Source: Armatimonadota bacterium
Lineage (GTDB): Bacteria > Armatimonadota > UBA5829 > DTLH01
Assembly: GCA_039679675.1 (NCBI GenBank)
Contig: JBDKUN010000033.1
Span: 128,001-192,000 of the forward strand
Direction: 5' to 3'
Length of the DNA: 64,000 nucleotides
The position numbers and the translations under genes were made by a program. Shown here piece after piece: positions 49,254-59,342 of this stretch. Each line of letters opens with the position of its first letter. Positions within the stretch are counted from its first letter, which is position 1. Below the pieces are notes generated by a model, which was given only the letters and a program-made list of their open reading frames with translations, searched no databases and was not told the origin of the DNA.

Positions 49254-49892
49254 TTATTCAGAGTCTGCGCCGTTTCCGATGCCTTGCTTCGTCATATGGC
49301 AGGTGTCGTTCAGCGAAACCAATAGCGGGCGGTTATTTGTTATATCGAGAACAGTGATCCCGCCGTTATCAAGGCGGACGCAGCGGTATAGTTCAGGGCC
49401 GAGCCTGAACGCAGCGGCAAGAATCCCTCTCACAGAGCCACCATGACAGGCTACAGCCAGGCTGCTGTTGGGATGCTTCTCTATTACCTCGTCCAGGAAC
49501 TGACGGCAGCGGGCAATGACATCTTCCAGCCGCTCAGCCCCCGGCGGGCGGTTAGTGATGGAGTCGCGTGAATACGCCTCATATTCCTTCGGAAACTTCT
49601 CCGCCACTTCGCGGAGCGTAAGCCCCTGCCATTCGCCGAGACAGGCTTCCCTGAGGAGTGGTGTAGTGATTACAGGCACGCCATGAAGCGAGGCTATAGC
49701 TTCTCCGGTCACAGATGCACGCTTCAGATCGCTTGAATACACTAAATCTATCTTCTCGTTTTGAAGGCGTTTTGCGGCAAGCTGCGCTTGTTCCAACCCA
49801 GTTTCAGTCAGTTCTACATCTGTATGTCCCTGAATTTTGCCTCCCGCGTTCCATGCTGTTTCGCCATGTCTTATTATAAAAAACCGTACCAT
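49254..49892 (-). CDS. Histidine phosphatase (GpmB/CobC/PspA-like)
   Basis: RHGETAWN, SSDLKRA, CHGG, C-terminal LNDTCH. Confidence 0.9.
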   Translation of the reverse strand: MVRFFIIRHGETAWNAGGKIQGHTDVELTETGLEQAQLAAKRLQNEKIDLVYSSDLKRASVTGEAIASLHGVPVITTPLLREACLGEWQGLTLREVAEKFPKEYEAYSRDSITNRPPGAERLEDVIARCRQFLDEVIEKHPNSSLAVACHGGSVRGILAAAFRLGPELYRCVRLDNGGITVLDITNNRPLLVSLNDTCHMTKQGIGNGADSE

Positions 49893-49928
49893 ACTTCTCC
49901 TAAAGAACTTGAATTAACCCATCCAATT

Positions 49929-50987
49929 TTACAGTTTAATCTTACCTAACTCTACGCCGTCTGGCCGGACCTGCATATAGCCGAATTGCACTATACGGAC
50001 AGGTGTAACGGTAGTGGCCGGTGTTATGACGGCTATATGCCTCTGCTTGAAGTCTATCGCTTCTATTATACCGAGGTTGATGATATTGTTGTTCGCGTCC
50101 GCAAGGCCGACAAGGAGGTTTGTGAAGTCCGAGCCGCATACGACCGTGAAGTCCCTTGTTCCGTACCGCTTCATCAATGCTTCCACGCCACTAGCCGCAG
50201 GTCTGCGGTCAGCAACTATATACATTCCTTTATCCACTACTTCTGCGTGGAGCACCCTAGCCTTCAAATCCTTTTCGAGTATGCGAAAGTGCTGCCATTT
50301 GACAGGCCGGCCCATGGTGAAGTACGTGTTGGCGCACACAATATCATCCAGCCGGATGAAATGGCGGTTGGAGTTCTGAAAATATTCGTGAAACTGAGCT
50401 TGACGCCTGGCTGTGCGGAACTCTTTTTGTTTAGTCCTAACTTCCGAAGACACAGGGAGTTTGTAGACGTTATATTTATCTATCCTGGACAGGACGGATA
50501 GAATGGGGTCAAGTTCCCTGGATTTTGCCAGCCCAACTATATAAAGCGGTGAAATCAGATCGATCTTGTACAGCTTGAGGTCTCGTCCGATGGATCCCTT
50601 AACGAGTCCTGATGTGTCTACTACGATAAGATCTGCGCTTCTGGCCGCTGCTTCATCCACCATTCGCCCGGTTCCAACTACAGTAGGCAGCATGTGGCCT
50701 ACAGGTGTTGTGGAACCAGTAAAATACATCCGGCGAGGACGAAGAGCCTTGAACGATTCAGGAAGACGGTCGATTGTTGCCATACTGATCGCGCCTGGCG
50801 GCCCGATCTCAGACTGCCCCGTGTCGGCGTCGACAATGGCTGTAGAAAGCCCTGCTTCGACTCCTCTTTCGATGAGCTGCCTTGCAAGAGTTGTCTTCCC
50901 TGTGTCTGTGTCTCCGATAATCACAATCACACCGGGATGCTCAACAATGCCGTCTATGATATTCTGCCGGTCAAGATTACTTTCCAC
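49929..50987 (-). CDS. Clp1/Grc3/Nol9-family polynucleotide 5'-kinase
   Basis: GDTDTGKTT Walker A, DADTGQSEIGPPG, VVDTSG, RTARR lid. Confidence 0.85.
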   Translation of the reverse strand: MESNLDRQNIIDGIVEHPGVIVIIGDTDTGKTTLARQLIERGVEAGLSTAIVDADTGQSEIGPPGAISMATIDRLPESFKALRPRRMYFTGSTTPVGHMLPTVVGTGRMVDEAAARSADLIVVDTSGLVKGSIGRDLKLYKIDLISPLYIVGLAKSRELDPILSVLSRIDKYNVYKLPVSSEVRTKQKEFRTARRQAQFHEYFQNSNRHFIRLDDIVCANTYFTMGRPVKWQHFRILEKDLKARVLHAEVVDKGMYIVADRRPAASGVEALMKRYGTRDFTVVCGSDFTNLLVGLADANNNIINLGIIEAIDFKQRHIAVITPATTVTPVRIVQFGYMQVRPDGVELGKIKL

Positions 50988-51267
50988 AACGATTGCTTCA
51001 TCTGTCGAAGGTGGAATTCCTGCATTCTTTGCCTGATGGTGAGTGGAATGGAATCAAATATGTCTATTTATAAAAAATGAGGGTAATGCAAGCCGTTTTG
51101 TGCCGTCCAGACATTATTGTGCTTGACAGCTACTGACGTTATATGTTTAAAATAGCGTCAGTTATCTAAGTTGTATCACAGGAACACCAGCGATTGCTTT
51201 GTCGTCCACAATAAAGCAGCATATATGGCGGTTTGGTATGCACTTATTTTCCAACGGAGGAAGAACC

Positions 51268-52281
51268 ATGAAAGTATTAAGAACCATCAAGACGGCTAAG
51301 AACGTATCATTCGTGAGAAGTATGATTAATGCAGGTTTGGTAGTTTGTCTGGTAGCTGTAGCATTTTCTTTGGCTGGCTGTGGCGGCTCTTCTTCAAGCT
51401 CCAGCTCGGAATATGGTCGAATAACAGGTAAGGTAGTACCAACACAGACGATCCAGAGTATGGCAAGTACTACTTCGACGGTTATGCTCGAAGGAACGGA
51501 TATGTCGGTCGAAGCTGAAGTCGGCCAGAATTTTACGATAGACAATGTTCCTGTTGGAACGTACAACATCATCGCCAGAACAACAGGTATGGCAAAAAGC
51601 ATGTCCGTAAAAGTCGAAAAGGGCAAAACTGCCTCGATAGGGGAAATCAAGCTTGTACCTGTTGCGAAGATAAGCGGTAGGATAACGGATTCAGCGTCTG
51701 ATGCGCCTATTGCTGATGCCATCGTTACAGCAGAGATGACAACAACATCAGAGACAGCGGGGCTTCCGGCCACATGGGTTACCACAACTGATTCCGACGG
51801 CAAATATAGTATCAATGATCTACCTGCAGGCAGCTATTGCCTGGACATTACTAAAAACGGCTATAAAAGCGTGATAAAGCAGTTCCAGTCGGTAACTAGT
51901 GATGTTACCTGCAACGAGTCGCTTGCGCTGATATACCCCTTAGGCCAGGGCAAGATAACAGGTGCAGTTTACTATAAGACAACAAGTGGAACTCTACAGC
52001 CTGTTAGTGGTGTAAAGGTAACTCTGTACCAGGCGAACGGCACAGTCTCAAAAGCCGCGAACGCCGATGTCTCCGGCTCACGTGCTACTAATGAATGGAA
52101 CCATACCCGCACGAAAGCCGATGGTACTTTTGAGTTGAGCGGAGTGCCTTTCAGCAGCTATACACTTGTGACAGGCCCGCTTGGGAAAACCAGCTACTCA
52201 GACTCTGTGAACCCGACATCCAGCAAACCATTGGAGTATTACTACACATTTAAGCCAGCAGACCTGCTCCTGGCTCAGTAA
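51268..52281 (+). CDS. Lipoprotein with carboxypeptidase-regulatory-like (transthyretin-fold) domains
   Basis: LAGC lipobox plus Ser linker; ISGRITD...TTDSDGKYSINDLPAGSY repeats; GGAGG RBS. Confidence 0.8.
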   Translation: MKVLRTIKTAKNVSFVRSMINAGLVVCLVAVAFSLAGCGGSSSSSSSEYGRITGKVVPTQTIQSMASTTSTVMLEGTDMSVEAEVGQNFTIDNVPVGTYNIIARTTGMAKSMSVKVEKGKTASIGEIKLVPVAKISGRITDSASDAPIADAIVTAEMTTTSETAGLPATWVTTTDSDGKYSINDLPAGSYCLDITKNGYKSVIKQFQSVTSDVTCNESLALIYPLGQGKITGAVYYKTTSGTLQPVSGVKVTLYQANGTVSKAANADVSGSRATNEWNHTRTKADGTFELSGVPFSSYTLVTGPLGKTSYSDSVNPTSSKPLEYYYTFKPADLLLAQ

Positions 52282-53449
52282 TATCAGAGTCAGACGGAAT
52301 AACCGCTTCGGAGGCATCAGCCTCCGAAGCGGGCAATACTGCTGATGCGTTCATCCTCAGACTTGTCAATCCCGCTCCGGCTTTACTTAGCTGCTGTGCC
52401 ATATCATCCCGCGAGTTACCAAGCATTGTAAGTGCCTTGGAAAACCGTCCTTCAAGCTCATTATGGATGGTTTTGATGCATGTTTCAGTGCTTTTCAGAT
52501 ATGATTCAAGCTTTTGGAGGTCGATACTTCGATTCGTCCGCAAAACCATATGAAACACAAGCAGAAGGTAGGGGATAAGCATACTGTAGCTAACAAGTAC
52601 CACGTTTTGTTCGAACGCATCCGCCTGTATGCCGCAACATAGATCGTAGATGGCATCAGGGACAGTAGCTATAGCGAAATCTACAGTGAAATTTGGGTCG
52701 ATATACTTTCTGACTTCTTTTGCACGTCCAAGAACCGCCGATTCTATCTGGCCCTTGAGCTTTTGCTGCTCTGAAGGGTCTTCACTCGCTGTGAACTGCT
52801 CCAGCAGGCTGGTCGCTGCCCACTTGCTGTCGATGGGGAGGATTAGGTTATTAGGCAGCCGAAGACCGAATTCGACGGCTTTATCTCCGACCCGCATGTT
52901 CCGCACCTGCCATTCAGCGGGGAGTTTCGCAAAGACTACTTCGACTATGTTCTCACCGGCGGCTCCCTTAGTCTGCGTCCCGGCTATAACGGCTTCCAGC
53001 CGCCTTATGGAATCCGCCGTCTGCTGTTCGAGTGCCTGCCGTGCTTTGGTATGGGTCTGCAGTTCCGTAAGGTCGTTTTTTGCCCGTGCGAGCTCCTGCC
53101 GGATCGACGCGGCTGTGTCGACTATTGCTTTTGTGATCGTTCCGGTCTCCGTCAGTCCATTACCAATCGCGTGAATGCTCTGGCTTGCCTGGTTCTGGTT
53201 CTGTTCGACTTTGGATATACGCTCAGACAGCCCTCTCAGCTCGACATTTACGGAATTCACTGCCTGAGAGACAGGTTCGAGCTGCGAAAGTTTTTCCGCG
53301 AGGACTGCAGTCTGTGATTGGGTCTCACGGACGGCCAGTGTCAACTGCTGGAGAGGAACAGACACATCGGAGGCAGCTTGCGGCCGTCGGAGCAGGATAA
53401 TTATTATCACTAGCGCAACTGCGAGAACACCGATCAAGAGTGGGTCCAC
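52250..53449 (-). CDS. rmuC: DNA recombination protein RmuC
   Basis: N-terminal TM and coiled coil, KGAAGE, LPIDSKW, YIDP..TVDFAI. Confidence 0.85.
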   Translation of the reverse strand: MDPLLIGVLAVALVIIIILLRRPQAASDVSVPLQQLTLAVRETQSQTAVLAEKLSQLEPVSQAVNSVNVELRGLSERISKVEQNQNQASQSIHAIGNGLTETGTITKAIVDTAASIRQELARAKNDLTELQTHTKARQALEQQTADSIRRLEAVIAGTQTKGAAGENIVEVVFAKLPAEWQVRNMRVGDKAVEFGLRLPNNLILPIDSKWAATSLLEQFTASEDPSEQQKLKGQIESAVLGRAKEVRKYIDPNFTVDFAIATVPDAIYDLCCGIQADAFEQNVVLVSYSMLIPYLLLVFHMVLRTNRSIDLQKLESYLKSTETCIKTIHNELEGRFSKALTMLGNSRDDMAQQLSKAGAGLTSLRMNASAVLPASEADASEAVIPSDSDITEPGAGLLA

Positions 53450-53567
53450 TGTGAATCTCCTTTAGGCGAGATGCTTTGTTTATAATCACGTTCGACGGGC
53501 ATTGATTGAATCCCTATTTGCTTCACTCGTGTTTATGAAGTAGTTTCTAATTTGCTGATCCACCCGC

Positions 53568-54110
53568 CTAAGTATCCAGATATTTCATCCATACATGAAG
53601 ATTTTCGATGAGATAGCGAGGGTTTGGTTTCTTTTTTGATTTTTTGCACGCTACAAGCACTATTTGGACTGGTTCCAGATTTACTTTGTTTCGGAACCCC
53701 AACAAGACCGGCCTGTTTACTCCCATTACCTTTGGCTTATTGAAGAAACCCCAATGGACAGGCGGTACATTCCTGCTGAAAACCTCGCCATAGTATATCG
53801 AAATATCGTGAGCAACAATGAAAGTCCCTTTCTTAAGCCCCCAGCCGGCAAGAGGGCCTGTAAACTCCTCGCCAGTTTCTTCCTCAACTCTCATAAACTC
53901 CTCGAAGCAGCGCCAAAGCGGCTCAAGTGACTCTATGCTGTAGTCGAACTTAATGTTGCACTTCATGTCTTCATTGAACAGTTCCTCAAGAAGCTTGACT
54001 CTCTCAGGAATACAGGAGATATACCAATCAAAATGCTCCTGAGCCTGCTTTTTGGTCATATCATCAAACGAAGATAATTCAAAAGGCGGTACCATCATGG
54101 GATAGATCAT
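53568..54110 (-). CDS. Hypothetical protein (possible orphan immunity-type protein)
   Basis: AAGGAG RBS; FDYSIESLEPLW...YYGEVF...W...RPVL pattern. Confidence 0.55.
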   Translation of the reverse strand: MIYPMMVPPFELSSFDDMTKKQAQEHFDWYISCIPERVKLLEELFNEDMKCNIKFDYSIESLEPLWRCFEEFMRVEEETGEEFTGPLAGWGLKKGTFIVAHDISIYYGEVFSRNVPPVHWGFFNKPKVMGVNRPVLLGFRNKVNLEPVQIVLVACKKSKKKPNPRYLIENLHVWMKYLDT

Positions 54111-54160
54111 CGTTTTCTCCTTATGTGTATTCTATTCAGGTTCAGCTTATTATGTTCTTT

Positions 54161-54739
54161 TTATACAGTAAAAATGTCTCCGTGGCCGGGGACGATGAAG
54201 TTCGCCAGTTTGAGGATTCTGTTTCTGCTCATCTGCTGCTCCTCTGGTAGTTCGCTTGATGTTTTCCACAGGCTGTCGTCGGTGAGGTCGGCCTCGTTTT
54301 CGAAAAGGTCACCTGTTATCGCAACTACTCCTGCATTGGTCCTAACGATAACGCTTACATCCCCCTGAGTATGCCCTGGGGTAGCGATAACCTCGATGCC
54401 GTCGTCAATTATATAAGGTTTAGAGAAGTCATGAACCGTGTACAGGTCGCCCATGCTGATGTCATGGGATAAGATAAGGACCGCATCAGGAAACAGGTTG
54501 ATATTTCCGGTGTGGTCGGAGTGACCATGTGTGCATACCACAAATGAAATGTCCTGAGGCTTAACACCGTGAGCTTCGAGCGCGGAAAGCAGAAAATCTC
54601 TGTCCCATGGGCCTCCCGTATCGACCAGGAGGTTCAGCCTGCCTCTAGCGAGCGTGATTGTCCCATCTGCCCTGATCTGCGAAGGGCCGGTCTGCACAGT
54701 ATAGCCGGGCTTCAGAACTATGACTTCATTAGCGTCCAT
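54161..54739 (-). CDS. Metallo-beta-lactamase-fold hydrolase, MBLAC1-like
   Basis: LVDTGGPW, THGHSDHTGN, ATPGH, GDLFE, IVPGHG. Confidence 0.85.
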   Translation of the reverse strand: MDANEVIVLKPGYTVQTGPSQIRADGTITLARGRLNLLVDTGGPWDRDFLLSALEAHGVKPQDISFVVCTHGHSDHTGNINLFPDAVLILSHDISMGDLYTVHDFSKPYIIDDGIEVIATPGHTQGDVSVIVRTNAGVVAITGDLFENEADLTDDSLWKTSSELPEEQQMSRNRILKLANFIVPGHGDIFTV

Positions 54740-54950
54740 ACTTTATATCTTACCACGGTTTGTATTGTTCTGGTTGTATTATACTGACTGAACAGCAAAT
54801 TGCTTGACAATAAAGAGGCACGGCAGGTAGAATCAATTCAAGGATCGCGGGCTTTAAATGGTTATTTCGTCTTGAAACCGGCTCGCTGGGGTGGGGAGTC
54901 ACGGTCCCGAATCATCGGAACCGAACCTACCGAGGAGGTACAGGCTGACC

Positions 54951-55874
54951 ATGCGAAAACTGTATGCAGGAGTTCTGATCATTGCTGTGTGTTTGATAGG
55001 GAACGCGGCGATGGCTGATGTTATGATCTTTGGCGGTATCCCAATCAGTAAAACAGGAATAAAAATAACCGGATGGGGAAGTGGTAGTGTCTTTGAAGCA
55101 ACCGACCACGTCTATACTGGTGACCGGTGTATTAAGATCAGAAGCGAAGGCTATCACGAGGGTGGATGCATTACTTTAAAAGATCCGATAGATATACTCT
55201 CTGAGCCGTTTGATGAAAATACATACCTGTTCGTTCCAATATATTTTACGACGCCGGATAACGGAAGCGCGAGCAGCAGCGGTACGGGCTTAATGGATAC
55301 GCAGACGACTGTTGGACCTCAAAACTACTACAGCAACGGACAGGAGTTCGATGCGCCGGTGAAGCCCAAAGTCAAAGCGGTCAAGATTATGCTCGAAGCT
55401 GCCGATGGCCGCAAGCTGGAATCAATCCAGAACGTTCCCGCAAGCACTGACGATGGATGGTACAGGATTGCTGTTCCGTTCAAGACGCTTGGGTTCAAAA
55501 AAGGCGAATCATTCAAAGTATCCAGAGTTATAATATCTACAGATGTGCCTGACACGATTTTTGTCGGACAGATCAGTACAACTAAGGACGATACTCAGAT
55601 TACCTGCAACGCAGGCGACGATCAGGTTGTTGCCATAAATGATGTCTTAATGTTCCACGCCCAGGCAGAAGGTGGAATAAGCCAGCTTCAATGCTCCTGG
55701 AACTTCGGCGACAGAAACAAACCGGATGATCCGGACGGTGATGATGCTACCGGTGAGTTGGTAAGCCACCGGTTTACAAAAGCAGGAGATTACACCGTTC
55801 GGCTGACAGTATCAGATCTTGCCGGGGTAAAGAAACCCGCAGTCCATACTGTCATAATTACTGTTAACGACTAA
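54951..55874 (+). CDS. Secreted PKD-domain protein
   Basis: Signal peptide; WNFGD...HRFTKAGDYTVRLTVSD; GAGGAGG RBS. Confidence 0.82.
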   Translation: MRKLYAGVLIIAVCLIGNAAMADVMIFGGIPISKTGIKITGWGSGSVFEATDHVYTGDRCIKIRSEGYHEGGCITLKDPIDILSEPFDENTYLFVPIYFTTPDNGSASSSGTGLMDTQTTVGPQNYYSNGQEFDAPVKPKVKAVKIMLEAADGRKLESIQNVPASTDDGWYRIAVPFKTLGFKKGESFKVSRVIISTDVPDTIFVGQISTTKDDTQITCNAGDDQVVAINDVLMFHAQAEGGISQLQCSWNFGDRNKPDDPDGDDATGELVSHRFTKAGDYTVRLTVSDLAGVKKPAVHTVIITVND

Positions 55875-55981
55875 TGGGCTTTACATGTATATTGGTTGTT
55901 AGTAGAACAGACGATAATATTTAACGAGTATTTTTATATAAAACATGGATAATGTGTAATGGTTAGTAGGAGGAGCAGTTA

Positions 55982-56884
55982 GTGATTTCAGCATTGCTCC
56001 GTTCTATGCGTCCAAAACAATGGAGCAAGAACCTGTTGGTTTTTGCCGGATATTTGTTCACGATCGAGAAGTCGCCTTCCGGCGACTTCTGGCGTGTACT
56101 GCTGGCTTTTGCACTCTTCTGCATGATTTCGGGTGCGGTCTATATCATGAATGATGTCATGGATATAGAAAAGGACCGGCATCATCCCGTAAAGTGTAAA
56201 CGTCCGCTCGCGTCAGGCCAGGTTTCGATCGGCACTGCTCTGACTTTCGCATTATTTTTGGCAGCGGTAGCTTTTATCGCAGGCTTCAGGCTGAACCTGT
56301 ATTTCGGTCTGTCGATTGTCGCTTATTTGCTGCTTAACTTCGCTTATACATTCCGTTTCAAGCATGTAGTTATCCTCGATCTGCTGATCCTTGCCGGCGG
56401 CTTTGTTATCAGAGCTGTTGCCGGTGCGGTTGCTATCAATGTTGTTATATCCCCATGGCTTCTCTTGTGCACCACGCTCCTGGCGCTGTTCTTGGGGCTT
56501 GCGAAGCGCAGGCATGAGATAATAATATTGGAAGGTGACGCGGTAAATCACCGTAAAATCCTGAATGAGTATTCGGTGATGTATCTCGATCAGATGATTA
56601 TTATCACATCGTCTACGGCATTGATGGCTTATTCTCTATATACATTCTCCGGTTTTTCTGATACTGCTACAAGCCATCCGTACATGATGGTCACGATCCC
56701 ATTTGTCATATACGGGATATTCAGATACCTGTATCTGATCCATACAAAAAACGCCGGAGGCCGCCCTGAACAGGTACTGCTTGACGATAAACCTCTCCTC
56801 ATAAACATCGTCCTGTGGGCTGCCGTAGTTGCGACTATACTCAAATGGAGTGATGTCGTCAATCTCGTACAGAGGTTTTTCTGA
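55982..56884 (+). CDS. UbiA-family decaprenyl-phosphate phosphoribosyltransferase
   Basis: MRPKQWSKN, YIMNDVMDIEKDRHHPVKCKRPLASG, KRRHE, YGIFRY. Confidence 0.88.
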   Translation: MISALLRSMRPKQWSKNLLVFAGYLFTIEKSPSGDFWRVLLAFALFCMISGAVYIMNDVMDIEKDRHHPVKCKRPLASGQVSIGTALTFALFLAAVAFIAGFRLNLYFGLSIVAYLLLNFAYTFRFKHVVILDLLILAGGFVIRAVAGAVAINVVISPWLLLCTTLLALFLGLAKRRHEIIILEGDAVNHRKILNEYSVMYLDQMIIITSSTALMAYSLYTFSGFSDTATSHPYMMVTIPFVIYGIFRYLYLIHTKNAGGRPEQVLLDDKPLLINIVLWAAVVATILKWSDVVNLVQRFF

Positions 56885-56886
56885 GG

Positions 56887-57705
56887 GTGGCGCTTACTGT
56901 TCATTCACTCGCGAGCGGCAGTTCCGGGAATTCCATGCTCATCAAAGGCGGCAATACGTCGATACTTATCGATGCAGGCATCGGCATACGGAAACTGACC
57001 GCAGCACTGGATTCCGCCGGTGTAGAACCAGCCGGTCTCTCAGCTACTTTCGTCACCCATGAGCACTCGGACCACATAGGCGCGGCAGTCAGGATTGCTA
57101 AAAGATACGGCGTGCCCATAATCGCAAACTCTCCAACTCTCGAAGGCATAGCCGGGATAAACGATGTGCCGCATAAGACTCTGGAGTTGGGCGAGGATAT
57201 GTCGATAAAGTCGCTCAATATCCGTCCGTTTCCTGTTTCGCACGATGCAAGATGCCCGGTCGGTTACAGCATATCCTGCGAAGGTAATACCGTCTGTTTT
57301 GCGACAGACACGGGAAGGGTGACGCCCAGGATTCGCGCAGAGGCTTTTTTAGCTGACCTGCTCATCCTGGAGTCAAACCACGATGTAGAGCTTTTGATGT
57401 CGGGACCGTATCCCAGGTATCTCAAAAAGCGGGTGATGGGAGATTGGGGACACCTCTCGAATGAAACAGCTTCAAATTTGCTCCTTGAGATAGCAGAGAC
57501 CGGCAAATCTGTCGCGGTCTGGCTCGCTCATCTGAGTGACACTAACAACAGCCCCAAGCTGGCTCTTTCGACCGCAAAAGCGACACTTTCCAGCTGCCTG
57601 AAAAGCACAATGACTGTGGAAGTGGCGCTCAGAGATGTGCCGAGCCTCACATGGGGAACGGAACGCCGCATATTCCAACTCAGTCTGTTTGGAGATAAGA
57701 GCTGA
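56887..57705 (+). CDS. MBL-fold metallo-hydrolase (YycJ/WalJ-like exonuclease)
   Basis: SLASGSSGN, THEHSDH, VSHDA, ATDTG, LESNHD, GHLSN, LAHLS. Confidence 0.88.
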   Translation: MALTVHSLASGSSGNSMLIKGGNTSILIDAGIGIRKLTAALDSAGVEPAGLSATFVTHEHSDHIGAAVRIAKRYGVPIIANSPTLEGIAGINDVPHKTLELGEDMSIKSLNIRPFPVSHDARCPVGYSISCEGNTVCFATDTGRVTPRIRAEAFLADLLILESNHDVELLMSGPYPRYLKKRVMGDWGHLSNETASNLLLEIAETGKSVAVWLAHLSDTNNSPKLALSTAKATLSSCLKSTMTVEVALRDVPSLTWGTERRIFQLSLFGDKS

Positions 57706-58327
57706 ACCAGTCCGCTGCCAGTTCCGCTACCTTCTCCAGTGCTCCCGGCTCTTCGAAGAGATGGGTTGCTCCAGGGACTATAACCAGCTTCTTTGTCGTC
57801 ATAAGTAGCGAGTAAGCATCTTCGTTCATGGCGATAACAGGATAGTCATTGCCGCCGACAATGAGAAGCGTCGGCGCTGTAACATCTTCCAGATAATCAC
57901 TGGCAAGGTCAGGACGCCCGCCTCGCGAGACTATTGCGCTGATCTCGGTCCCACGCATTGCCGCGGCCTGAAGAGCTGCCGCTGCTCCGGTGCTCGCGCC
58001 GAAATAGCCGATATTGAGCCCGGATGTCTCATCGTTTTGTGCAATCCAGTCGGTTGCGGCGATAAGCCGTTCCGACAAAAGGTCAATATCGAAGACTTTG
58101 CGCCGGTCGTCCGATTCCCATTCCTCCAGAAGATCGATAAGCAGTGTCGCAAGCCCTGATTTTTGGAGAACACCTGCTACGTACTGGTTTCTGGGACTGA
58201 ACCGCCCGCTGCCGCTTCCGTGCGCAAAGAGAACAATGCCCTGCGCCTCTTTCGGAATACCGAGAAACCCGCGAAGATGGAGATCTTTTGCTTCTATCAG
58301 AACATCGCGTCCAACTTCAACTTTCAT
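57680..58327 (-). CDS. Dienelactone hydrolase-like alpha/beta hydrolase
   Basis: FAHGSGSGRFSPRN, GYFGASTG, SRGGRPDL, GATHLFEE. Confidence 0.85.
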   Translation of the reverse strand: MKVEVGRDVLIEAKDLHLRGFLGIPKEAQGIVLFAHGSGSGRFSPRNQYVAGVLQKSGLATLLIDLLEEWESDDRRKVFDIDLLSERLIAATDWIAQNDETSGLNIGYFGASTGAAAALQAAAMRGTEISAIVSRGGRPDLASDYLEDVTAPTLLIVGGNDYPVIAMNEDAYSLLMTTKKLVIVPGATHLFEEPGALEKVAELAADWFSSYLQTD

Positions 58328-58463
58328 TTTCGACCCTCACTTAATCCCACTATGAATTTTGATTTCCCAAGTGCGCTAGGCGTGAAACGTGGATTTTGAG
58401 GGGATGGAACAGGTAACAGGAAATTGAAAATGTAGTGGCCGGTCTCCGTGCAGACCTTTTTGT

Positions 58464-58509
58464 TTTTGAAACGCGAATTACGCGGATTTAACGGACTAAA
58501 GCGAATGGT
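58464..58509 (+). repeat. Dispersed ~45-bp intergenic repeat, copy 2
   Basis: TTTTGAAACGCGAATTACGCGGATTTAACGGACTAAAGCGAATGGT, similar to 37081-37125. Confidence 0.75.
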
Positions 58510-58589
58510 GGAGAGCAGAGGGCATAGATGCCCCGGAGAAATGGGCTCAGGGCAATGGATCCCCTGAGCCATCTAGACTCGTCTTAGGT

Positions 58590-59342
58590 TTACTTGTTGC
58601 CTTCAGCAAGACCGGATGAAGTCAGATAATCGTAGCTCTTCTTCACTGCGTCGAGCATGTCTCCATCGAATGAGTCCAGTTCGACTATCAGCCAATCAAG
58701 AACATTCGGGTCTGCTGCTCCAATGATTGCAAGAATATCGAGGACTCCGTCTCCGACCGCCAGGTGAGGTGCGTTTTCCTTGAGAGTGCCATCTTTAATA
58801 TGAAGAATCGGCATGCGCGATTTATATTCGTTGATGACCTGCACCGGGTCGGACTTGCCGTAAGCTGCCCAGTAAACATCGAGTTCGCTGAACATTTCAG
58901 GTGCTTCTTCCATCAAAATGTCGTATACACGCTTGCCATCGACAGAAGCGAACTCTGCCCAGTGGTTGTGCATGCCGTAAGTCAACCCGTAAGGCTTTAC
59001 GAGTTCACATGCTGTGTTGAATTCTTCCGCTGCTTTCTTGCAGGCATCTACGCTGGTGAACCTGTCCGGCCCGAACCCGCTGATAACTCGCTTGTTGCCG
59101 AGAGCAAGTTCGACATCAAGAAGCTCTGTCAGGTTTTCTTTTGTAGGAAGAGCCGTATGGCTGCTCGATACCTGGAGTCCGAGATCCTGGACAAGCATCG
59201 CTATTTCGGACGGCTTATGTCCGTGGAGTCCAGCGAACTCTACCCCTTTGTAACCGATTTCTGCAATCTTTTTAAGTGTGCCCGGAAAGTCCTGGGCTGC
59301 GGCATCACGCACTGTGTAGAGCTGAATGGATATAGGTTTCAA
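58590..59342 (-). CDS. Sugar phosphate isomerase/epimerase (TIM barrel)
   Basis: IQLYTVRD, GYKGVEFAG, MHNHWAEF, ELDVYW, LHIKD, VELD. Confidence 0.9.
   Translation of the reverse strand: MKPISIQLYTVRDAAAQDFPGTLKKIAEIGYKGVEFAGLHGHKPSEIAMLVQDLGLQVSSSHTALPTKENLTELLDVELALGNKRVISGFGPDRFTSVDACKKAAEEFNTACELVKPYGLTYGMHNHWAEFASVDGKRVYDILMEEAPEMFSELDVYWAAYGKSDPVQVINEYKSRMPILHIKDGTLKENAPHLAVGDGVLDILAIIGAADPNVLDWLIVELDSFDGDMLDAVKKSYDYLTSSGLAEGNK

Noticed and set aside
54840..54950. Possible c-di-GMP-II or other riboswitch upstream of the PKD gene
   Set aside because: A hairpin (GGTCCCGA-ATCA-TCGGAACC) and loose motif echoes are present, but I could not build the consensus structure by eye. An Rfam cmscan is needed.
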